From: Ascoidea asiatica JCM 7603 | Taxonomy: Eukaryota > Fungi > Ascomycota | Direction of reading: 5' to 3' | Length of the DNA stretch: 64,000 nucleotides | NCBI GenBank assembly: GCA_001600695.1 | Contig: BCKQ01000001.1 | Span: forward strand, 2,611,521-2,675,520 | Shown here: positions 55,200 through 64,000 of the stretch, in pieces | How the letters are laid out: each line of letters begins with the position of its first letter | How positions within the stretch are numbered: position 1 is the stretch's first letter | Position numbers and translations under genes: made by a program | The notes under the pieces: generated by a model | The model's input: the letters and a program-made list of their open reading frames with translations, nothing else | Databases searched by the model: none | Told to the model about the DNA's origin: nothing

Positions 55200-55950
55200 T
55201 ACTAATTAACAGTACTAATGGTAGCAATAGTAAGATACAATGTTGGATGGCAGTGGGCACTCCTGGAAGTGGGAGTTTGTGCTACAGCAGCAATGAACGA
55301 GCTCCCACACCAGCAACACCACTGCTTGGACCTCTCGCACACGAAAACATAGCAACAAAAGTACCTGTGTATAGCGGGATATACTCACTGACTAAGCCAA
55401 TACATGCTTGCATATCAGCGTTCCTCATTATTAAAAAATAAAAAAAAGTAGTGCTTTTAATATCACCTTCACCCTGATGAAGCAGAACAATGAAGAGCAA
55501 CGCGCTCAGGTGTGTTCCGCCCAACGCAAGTTCCCGGGCGTTGTCTGGCAACACAGAATGAAAAACAAATATCCACTGCAAAACAAATAACAAAACAAAA
55601 GCAAAAAAGTGTTTTGTTGCTACTGCTCTTTAGCAGTAGAACTGGGTCACCTGACACGGCACCTGACTTTAAAAGAAGTTTCTGGAAGATGCTGCTTCAT
55701 GTACGGCCAATCTCTTTGAAGTCAGATGATAAAATCCAGGACAGCCCGTTCGGGACACTGTGGGACTGCATCGTCTATAATCCAGGACACCGGAACCTGC
55801 TTCGGCAGTTTTCCGTTATCATATGCCACTTCGGCCAGAAGCGCAGCTGCAACTTTACCCCATCTCCAATCTTCCAACTTCCTTTGCTTTGTTTGCACTT
55901 GATCTTCTTTCTTCTCCAGTTAACGAATTCGTTCGCTCCTTTCACTCCAA
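55200..55950. promoter_or_regulatory. GC-rich divergent promoter island (SRP1 / ANT1)
   Basis: GC-rich block with tandem GTCACCTGAC/GGCACCTGAC (55646-55667) and clustered CGG/CCG triplets (about 55790-55835). Confidence 0.5.
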
Positions 55951-56215
55951 ATATATTCATTCATTCATCTGATAAAGTAAATTATTATATCAAATCAATT
56001 GGTTCGATTTTGTTTTGTAGATTCAATTATAATAATATACTTCAATTACCCACAATGATCTTGTTTTCTGATTACTATTTAATATTCTAATATCCTTATA
56101 TTCTTTTCCATTTCAATCTTTGCATATATTCTTCTTTTCTCAAATACTTTTCTTATTATAATCCTTCATATTCCTATAATCTTATACTTCATATTCTTTA
56201 AAAATAATCCAAGAA

Positions 56216-57160
56216 ATGACAAATTCTGTTTCTTCTTTAAAAAATAATTATCAATTAACTGCTTTTGATAAAGCCTTAGTTGGTGCTTTAGCTTCTGTAA
56301 TTGCAAATGCTTTACTTTATCCTTTAGATTTATCAAAAACTTTAATTCAAACTCAATCAAAATTATTACCAAATGAAGATATTTCGGAAAATTTAAATAA
56401 ATATAAAAATTCATTAGATTGTTTAATAAAAATTATTAAAAAAAAAAATTCTTTTTTCGCTTTATATTATGGCTTTTTACCTTCTTTATTATCAACTTTT
56501 TCAATGAATTTTACTTATTTCTTTTGGTATTCAATTATTAGAAAATCTTATTCTAAATTATTTAATAAAAAAAATAAAATTAATTCAGCTTTTATTGAAT
56601 TATTATTAGGTGCTATAGCCGCTTCTATTTCTCAATTATTTATTATGCCAATTAATACTATTTCAACTAAACAACAATCAACTTCTTCTGATTCTAATTT
56701 GGATTTGGATTTGCATTCTGATTCAAATTCTGATTCAGTGTCAGATTCTGTTTTAGTTTCTGGCTCTGATACTGATAATAAAAATAAAGTTAAAAATACA
56801 AATACAAATACAAATACAAATACAAATAAAGGGTTTTTCAATATAGCTAATGATATTATTCAAAATCATGGTATATCTGGTTTATGGTCTGGTTTAAAAG
56901 TTTCTTTAGTATTAACTTCAAATCCTTCAATTACATATGGTACTTTTGAAAGATTAAAATCTTTATTATTACTTTCTTCAAATTCAAATTTAAACAAATC
57001 TAATTCAGAGTTGAAATTAAAACCTTTTCAATCATTCTTATTAGGTATGCTCTCAAAATTAATTGCAACTATTATAACTCAACCATTAATTGTCTCGAAA
57101 GCAATGATTCAAAAAAAAACTCATATTTTAGAATATAACGATAATAAAAATACTGATACC

Positions 57161-57196
<36 letters not shown>

Positions 57197-57439
57197 CAGG
57201 TTAAGAAAAAAAAAATTATTTTCAAAAATTTTCAACAATGTTTGAAATTTTTATGGTTTCATGAAGGTTTTAAAGGTTTATGGAAAGGTCTTGTACCTCA
57301 AATTTCAAAAGCTGTATTAGTTCAAGGTTTTTTATTCATGTTCAAAGATCAATTAGAAATTTACCTTATTTTTTTAATCAAATTTATTAAAGTCTTTAAT
57401 AAAAATAAGTTAAAAATAAATTCAAATAAATTTAAATAA
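56216..57439 (+). CDS. ANT1: Peroxisomal adenine nucleotide carrier
   Basis: YPLDLSKT.IQTQ, NFTYFFWYS, GLKVSLVLTSNPSITYGTFERLK and GLWKGLVPQISKAVLVQG. Confidence 0.9.
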
Positions 57440-57899
57440 ATTCAAATAATATTGAATAATATTAAATAATAATTAGATTATAAATATATTATAAATAGAT
57501 AGATAATGAATAGATAGATAATGAATAAATAGATAATGAATAAATAATTATTAATGCAAAAAAACATGAGTATTTATTTTTCACCTAATGCTGAAATAGA
57601 AATTAATTAATTTTTTTTTTATAAAATATATAGAAAAAAAAATTTATGATAAAAAAAATATGAGATCAAAAATAAAAGAAAATAAAAATAATATAAAATA
57701 ATTAAAGAAAAAAACTAAAATAAAAATATTATAAACCAATAGTATAAAGTAATATATTAATTTTAATGATTTTCAATGATAAAATAAAGAAATTCATTAT
57801 ATAAAAAGTTTTGAAATGTTGTTACACGATGAGGAAATAAAAAAAATAAAAATAAAATTTATAAAAAGTAATCATTATAATTAATTATTTGAATTGTAT

Positions 57900-59717
57900 T
57901 TAAATTGAATTTAAAATTGAAGTTGAAGTTGAAGTTGAATTTGGATTCAATTTTTGCCTTTTCACTACTCTCAAAATTAATTCATCTATATTAGCAAAAT
58001 TTTCTTCATTTTTTGCAAATCTTCTATGCTTAGTGGTGTAAATATGTTCTTCAAAATCATCATATTTTACTCTACAGTTTTCACAATACCCTTCTTTTTG
58101 TTCTTCTTTGCTTTTTTTTCTCTTTACTATTTCACCTTCAGTATTGTCATTAGATTTTGAATTATTTTTATTACAATTCAATTTAGCTGTTTGCTGAACC
58201 CTTTTTCTTTCAAATAGTTTTCTCTTTAATGAATTAACTTCTCTTGACGGAACTTGAGAAATTGTGGGACCTAATCCATTACCTCTGAATTTATTATTTT
58301 GTGAATTAGAATTTTGTTGAATAGATGTTGTTGTTGGTGGCATTTTTGCAATACTAGTTGATTGTGACACGCCAGAAGCTTGTATTTCATAGAATGTACG
58401 TTTAACATTAACATTGGAATTGGAATTAGCATTAGCATTAAAATTAGTATTAACATTAACATTATCTAATAATTGAAAAGATATTCTTTTAGAGGATGAA
58501 TTATTACTTATATCAAGAATTTTTCCATTATTATTTTTTTCATTATTAAAATTAATAACATCTCCACCTCTTTTTCTTTTTTGCCTGGTAGATGTTTCTG
58601 CTTCATCTAATGAATCTGGATCAAAAGAATCAGATGTTGAAATATTAATAAAAGAATCTATAATATCAAATTGATCTTCACTATCATCTATAAAATTATC
58701 TTGATAGTTATCAGAATTGAATTTTTGAAAATCATCAAATCGACTTGCAATTCTTAGTCTATTTCTATAATCTTTAGTTAGCATCATTTGTTTTCTACGT
58801 TCAGCTTGTCTTTTTGCACTATTTGTTGAACTTGAATCTGGTATAAAAGGAGATCGACCATCGGTTGAAGCATATAATTTAGGCCAATTTGAATCATCAG
58901 AATCTGAATGATCTTCTGAGACCCATTCTCTAATAATCATTGGTCTAAATTTTTGTTTGAGATCATAAGCAAAAATGAAAGGATCCTTAAATATATGAAA
59001 AACATTTTTATTATACTTTTCTTGCTTCAATAAAGCAGATAATTTTAAGTTTTTAAGATAATTATGAGATAAAGAAGATATATAACTTAAAAAAGTGGTA
59101 TGAAATTCACCAATTTCACCTAAATTTTTGAGGAATCTAAATGCTTTTTCATAAGTCCAGACTTTCATTCTATCATCAAAAGAGAATATATCAGGTTTTG
59201 AATAAATAATAGATTTATTATAATCTCTTGGAGTTATTACAATTGTAACTTCTTCAGAATCAAAAAAATCAATAATTTTTACACCAAGCTTCAAGAAATG
59301 TAATCTTGCAATCTCTCTCTCTTTTTCTAAAAATTTTTTTTCATTATTAGTATAGTTAGTCTTTGCAGTATCAAAATATATTACAGTTTGTTTCATTATA
59401 TCTTTCCATTGATTTTGCCAATCAGCTAATTCATCTCCTTTAAGCCTAACAATTTTCTCCTGTGAAGCAGCATTTGAATTATTAATTTTTAATGTATCAG
59501 CGTTAGCATTATTATTTGATTCCTTTGAATCTTGTAAAACTTTTATAGATCTCTGATTATTAGAAAATTGATGTGGAAGAATATGAAATTGAGATATAGG
59601 ATTGGATTGTCTGGATTTGAAGATAGTATTTTTGGATTTTGCTTCCTTTGATGGACTTTGATAGTTGTTGACGTTAGTCTCTTGTAAAGGAGCTCTTGCA
59701 AAACATCCCTTCTCCAT
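57900..59717 (-). CDS. DBF4: Cdc7 kinase regulatory subunit Dbf4
   Basis: N motif (IYFD...FFD.EVTIVIT...KVWTYEK), M motif (DLKQKFRPMIIREW...GRSPF) and C-motif zinc finger (GYCENCRVKYDDFEEH...HRRFA). Confidence 0.92.
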   Translation of the reverse strand: MEKGCFARAPLQETNVNNYQSPSKEAKSKNTIFKSRQSNPISQFHILPHQFSNNQRSIKVLQDSKESNNNANADTLKINNSNAASQEKIVRLKGDELADWQNQWKDIMKQTVIYFDTAKTNYTNNEKKFLEKEREIARLHFLKLGVKIIDFFDSEEVTIVITPRDYNKSIIYSKPDIFSFDDRMKVWTYEKAFRFLKNLGEIGEFHTTFLSYISSLSHNYLKNLKLSALLKQEKYNKNVFHIFKDPFIFAYDLKQKFRPMIIREWVSEDHSDSDDSNWPKLYASTDGRSPFIPDSSSTNSAKRQAERRKQMMLTKDYRNRLRIASRFDDFQKFNSDNYQDNFIDDSEDQFDIIDSFINISTSDSFDPDSLDEAETSTRQKRKRGGDVINFNNEKNNNGKILDISNNSSSKRISFQLLDNVNVNTNFNANANSNSNVNVKRTFYEIQASGVSQSTSIAKMPPTTTSIQQNSNSQNNKFRGNGLGPTISQVPSREVNSLKRKLFERKRVQQTAKLNCNKNNSKSNDNTEGEIVKRKKSKEEQKEGYCENCRVKYDDFEEHIYTTKHRRFAKNEENFANIDELILRVVKRQKLNPNSTSTSTSILNSI

Positions 59718-60654
59718 CTATATCTGACAAATTGATTGCAGCGGTATTTTGAACATAAAAAAACTCAGAATAAATAGAGCACTTGATTCAGCGGTTATAT
59801 TATTGAAAAGTAAACTTAAAATGAATGAGATGCAGTTCAATCAGTCCACTATATTAATAAGTAATATACTAATATAATAATATACTGATATACTAAAATT
59901 ATGCCAAAGGAAATGATATAGTTGTGATTATAATTATAATTTAAATTCGTGATATTATGCAAAAAACTACTATCGTTATTATATTGACGATAAAAGGGAA
60001 GAATGAATCGAAAAGGAGAAAAAAGACAGGAAGAACAACCAGGATACTTTATAGAGATAGAAAAGCTCTTGAAAAAAATATTAAAATATTTTAAGAAAGA
60101 ATTGAAAATTAATTGAATAAGAAAGAGAATAAGAATTCTTAAAAAGAATAAGATGAAGAAACTAGGAAAAAACCACAAATACAAGTGAAATAAACTTGAT
60201 CAAAATAAACAAAAACTATTGAAGATATCTTGAAAAGTATTATTAGTGTAGTTAGTGTAAGTAGTAGTGTATAGTTACTGAAGTAAATAACGATAGTAAA
60301 TAGCGATACACTACAGTACAGTACTAGTACAGTAGTAAGTCAGGATAATAATTGAATGATATCAGCTACAACTAGCTAGCTAACTAAGTTACCAGTTTCT
60401 GGCTTCTGTATTTTCCTTTGTTTTCTTAGGGTCTATCCAAGAAAAAATAAACAAGCAGCAATGGAATTATGTAAGTTCACGTGCAAAAATAAATAAATTA
60501 TATTTCAATAACAGCCTCGTGAGATAATCCGGCAATCGGTATCGCAATCGGATAAAGCTAATTCATCCAACTAGCAATAGAACAATTTTAAGATTGTAAC
60601 TTTACATTATTTTTCGCTGATTCTAAATAAAATAATGATATTTTTATTTTGATT

Positions 60655-62352
60655 CTACTTTTCAGTATTTTGAGGTTGAATCTTTCTGATGAATTCTTGG
60701 TTTTTGGAATTGCTTGTTAACGAAAATCTTAAACAAACAATTATTCTTTCTTTAATGAATGGATTATATTCGTCAATGATACAATTATCTAGCATTAATT
60801 CTAGAAAATGTTCTTCTCTTATAAGTTCTTGATTTCTGAAATTATCATAAACTAAAAATGAAACTATTTCAATTATGAAACTTTTTATATTAGGGAATTT
60901 TTCAATTTTTATATTTTCAAAATCATCATTTAAACCCTTGGGTAATTTTTCTTCTATACTTTTTAGAGTTAATTTATTCTGAATATCTTCAATTTCTCGT
61001 TGAGATATTTTGGATAATGGTTTGATTTTGGTATTAAGAATCTTAAATATTTCTATTAATATAAGTAAAACATTATAGCTATTCAAAAATTCAATTGCAA
61101 ATTTTTCATAATTTACACATAAAGATATTAATGAGTTTAATATCATTTTAATTTTTTTATAAAATACTGTTAAGTTATTTTTCCTTCCATTATTTTCTAT
61201 TTCAGAAAAAAATTCTGGTAATAACTTTTCACAGTCCTTTAGTGAATCATATAAAAAAGTTAATAGTATTATCAAATCATAGTTTGAAAATTCCTTATCT
61301 GAATGGGAGTTAATTATTAATTGTATTATGTTGAATAAAGAAATTGAAATGTCTTCTGTTTCTATAACTTTCTTTTTATTGAAAAATTTTGTAAAACTTT
61401 CATGGATTATCATTTTTTTGAAAATCTCAAATAAAATTATTGAAATTTCTTCATAGTTTTGAATATCAATATCATTTTCATCATCTTTTTCAATTATTTT
61501 ATCTTCATATTTTCTAAACTCAAGAGTTAAAAAGCTTATCAAGAGTATTCCATTTTTCTCATCTTCATCATTATATAAGTCATACAAAAATTGATTAGTC
61601 TTAAATCTAGACTCATTTATAGCTTCTTTTGTATTTTTTATATTTATAGTATTATCAGCTAGAAAATTGTTCAAGTAAATTAAAAATGTAGATGAAAATG
61701 TTAAATCTTCGAGTATTTCGGAATAATCTAAAAATAAATAAGTAAAAATCTCACAAATTTTTTCATAAAAAATATTATTTGCTTCTGTTCTTGTTTCTAT
61801 TTCATTTAATCGATAAGTGTTTTTATCCAAGTTTGAAAAATAAAGTTCTTTTGATAAATTATTCAATATTTGAAAAAAAGCAATTGGTAATCGAGTTTTT
61901 AAATTATTTGGTAACCTCTTATGATTTTTCAATATTAGAAAAAGTTTTTCATAAATTAATATTTTGAATTCTCTGAAATTGAACTTACTTGAAAAATTGG
62001 AGTTATTATTACCGTTATTTACTTCAATTTTATAACATTCTGGAATAACAAGTAAATTCCTACCTAGTAGTAATATTCCTCTTAAAATCCTTAACTTTAA
62101 ATCTAAAGTTGCCAAATCATTACAATTTAATGAAAGCTTTGAAGTAATCATATTTTGAATTAATTTCCAAACTTCACATGAAAGAGAAAATGAAAATCTT
62201 TTTTCCTCATTGTTTAATGTGTATGATAATAACTCAGATAAACATTTTAAAGAACTATTAAGCAGTTTTTCTTCACCTTTAATATAACTAAATTGAATAT
62301 CTTGTAAAAGAGAAACAAAATTGGTAATAGAACTTTCATTACTTATTGACAT
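60655..62352 (-). CDS. CTR86: Ctr86 / ataxin-10 homologue
   Basis: C-terminal FPNIKSFIIE...NQELIRE.H.LELMLDNCIIDEYNPFIKER.IVCLRF....N..NQEF. First ATG at 62352. Confidence 0.85.
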   Translation of the reverse strand: MSISNESSITNFVSLLQDIQFSYIKGEEKLLNSSLKCLSELLSYTLNNEEKRFSFSLSCEVWKLIQNMITSKLSLNCNDLATLDLKLRILRGILLLGRNLLVIPECYKIEVNNGNNNSNFSSKFNFREFKILIYEKLFLILKNHKRLPNNLKTRLPIAFFQILNNLSKELYFSNLDKNTYRLNEIETRTEANNIFYEKICEIFTYLFLDYSEILEDLTFSSTFLIYLNNFLADNTINIKNTKEAINESRFKTNQFLYDLYNDEDEKNGILLISFLTLEFRKYEDKIIEKDDENDIDIQNYEEISIILFEIFKKMIIHESFTKFFNKKKVIETEDISISLFNIIQLIINSHSDKEFSNYDLIILLTFLYDSLKDCEKLLPEFFSEIENNGRKNNLTVFYKKIKMILNSLISLCVNYEKFAIEFLNSYNVLLILIEIFKILNTKIKPLSKISQREIEDIQNKLTLKSIEEKLPKGLNDDFENIKIEKFPNIKSFIIEIVSFLVYDNFRNQELIREEHFLELMLDNCIIDEYNPFIKERIIVCLRFSLTSNSKNQEFIRKIQPQNTEK

Positions 62353-63781
62353 ATTTCTGCTAAAAGGTTTTAAGTACTTTAAAATGTTAAAATCTTTTTT
62401 TTCAATCCTTTTTTTTTTTAAGAAAAGTTTTGTTCTATCGGTCCTGTAATGATTTAACCGACTTTCCAAAAGTATTTATTGTTTTAATTTTGTAATGTGG
62501 CGGTGCTCAAATTTGAACAAGAAGTCAGTGAATCCATTTTAATGGATTCCACTAGCAATTTAAACTTAACGGGTCATCTGAATCACAGTGTTAATTCTCT
62601 CAATTTACAAAAAAAGGTGGTAAAAAATTGTCAAATTTTTAAAAGTGATTCTTATTATTCAAAGAAGTACTTATGGATTTTATCATTAAAGCAATGTGAT
62701 CTAAACTTGCAGGATTGAATATTATTTGTTTTTTAAAAAATTAATATTAAAAGATAATATAAAATAAAAATATTTAAAAAATTTAAAGTTCAAATACAAT
62801 ATATTTAAAAGTGAAAGGTATTGGATCTTCTAAAGTTGAAAAGAATCAAGAAGCAGAAAAGAAAACATAAATAATGAAAATTGATATTTAAAAAAAATTG
62901 ATTGATCACAAAAATGAAAATTAGAAATAAACAACGAATGGGATTTTGAATACAGATAGAAATATGATACAAATTCAAATAATTTAATAAAATTAAATAA
63001 TAGTATGAAAGCATTTGTTGATTCGTCAAATTATCAAAGGAAGCAAAATAATTTCAAATTGATTCATTGAATTATAGAATTAATGACTTAAATCAATTGT
63101 ATATTAAAATTAATAAAAATTTTCAAATAATTTAAAATAGTAATGATACAAATTTAAAATCTTTAATTCAATCAGATTCTATCATTACCGTTAATAGAAG
63201 TTCTACATTAGATAAAGGTCTGTCAAAAAGTCATCAAAAAAATGAACTGATTTAAGTGAATCATTTGAAGAAAATAATAAAAAGAAAAAAAAAGGTTATG
63301 GGTATAGATTTATTTATTGAGTGTATTTAAACCTTTCAATTTATTTTTTGGTATATTTTAGTTTGTTTGAGTATCTGAGCATTTGTCTATTTATCTTATT
63401 TTGTTTGGTTTTATTGCTTTTTTAGGTAATTTTTTTTCAATTTTTGGTTGGAGCGTTGCTTCCATTCATTTCTTTTTTTTTCATAGTTTTCACATTGTTC
63501 CTTAGTTTTAAATTGCTTTCCTTAATCTCTAATGTTGCATAATAGTTTTCAATAATAATCTATATAAGTATCTAACAAAAATTTATTCTTTGTGTTTAAT
63601 AAATAATGCTTTTATACATCGGATATCGGGTATTTGAGATTAGTTGGTACCGCAAACCTGGATCGGCAGTATCCGTTAATAAAGTTAGAAAAAAAATTGT
63701 TGAAAAAAGCAAAAAATAACAAAAATAAACAGGAAAAAAAAAAAAACAAGATCATATCTGGTCTGGAACCAGAGCATCTGT

Positions 63782-64000
63782 TCAAAGCATGTTCATAACC
63801 CCTGCTGAATAAGCTAAAGACCAAGTTTTACTTGCACCATCATCTAGATAACTTGAAGAAAAATCAGTAGAGGAAAAAAAATCATAACTTGATTCAGGAT
63901 CAAATAATGCTTGATTCAACTTTAGAATACCTTTCCAATTACTGGTTAAATCATCAACTACAGAACTAATAATGGAATTCCATTCTTCTGTAACAAAAGT
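63782..64000 (-). CDS. 3' end (partial) of a GH81 endo-1,3-beta-glucanase (Eng1/Dse4/Acf2 family)
   Basis: My translation from the window edge is TFVTEEWNSIISSVVDDLTSNWKGILKLNQALFDPESSYDFFSSTDFSSSYLDDGASKTWSLAYSAGVMNML*. It matches the GH81 C-terminus (FV.EEW...W.GIL..N.AL.DP...LD.G.S.TWSLA) and is not in the ORF track. Confidence 0.88.
   Translation of the reverse strand, partial: TFVTEEWNSIISSVVDDLTSNWKGILKLNQALFDPESSYDFFSSTDFSSSYLDDGASKTWSLAYSAGVMNML

Noticed and set aside
16487-57439. Apparent lipid/peroxisome theme (ORM1, PEX19, VAC14, OLE1, ANT1)
   Set aside because: The genes are spread over 40 kb among unrelated housekeeping genes, so there is no evidence of a functional cluster.
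1-64000. CRISPR arrays, LTR/transposon genes, point centromere, horizontally acquired bacterial operon
   Set aside because: I saw no repeat-spacer arrays, gag/pol or transposase motifs, CDEI-II-III arrangement or bacterial-type gene block. All short repeats are simple microsatellites.

Overview
This is a very AT-rich budding-yeast (Saccharomycotina) nuclear chromosome segment. The intron signals (GTAAGT/GTATGT, TACTAAC), Asn-rich proteins and retained eIF3f and MTFP1 fit a non-Saccharomycetaceae yeast; an Ascoidea-like organism is a guess I cannot confirm. It holds about 28 mostly housekeeping genes: SNG1-like, NIPA-like, COG6, SPT16, GLN1, CSN12-like, ORM1, PEX19, UBC9, VAC14, MTFP1, an MFS transporter, OLE1, PanE-like, GH15, CHS1, PTP1, fRMsr, PhoD-like, HAS1, MRX20-like carrier, eIF3f, BCP1, SRP1, ANT1, DBF4, CTR86 and the 3' end of a GH81 glucanase. 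The ORF track misses spliced UBC9 and the GH81 end, misses the 5' exons of the carrier, and over-extends several genes to TTG starts; these are corrected here. I saw no tRNA, rRNA, transposon or CRISPR. Best leads: (1) a secreted GH15 glucoamylase homologue with the catalytic acid Glu replaced by Asn plus lost substrate-binding residues, a probable pseudoenzyme; (2) an unannotated ~310-nt three-hairpin snoRNA-like element between eIF3f and BCP1 with a 14-nt match to 25S rRNA; (3) a syntenic PEX19 lacking its CaaX box; (4) three spaced Kex2-type KR sites in a chitin-synthase outer loop; (5) a 9-nt microexon in the carrier gene; (6) GC-rich promoter islands with recurring GTCACCTGAC, TCACGTG and TAACGTTA motifs. 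Gene names and reference sequences are from memory, not from database searches.
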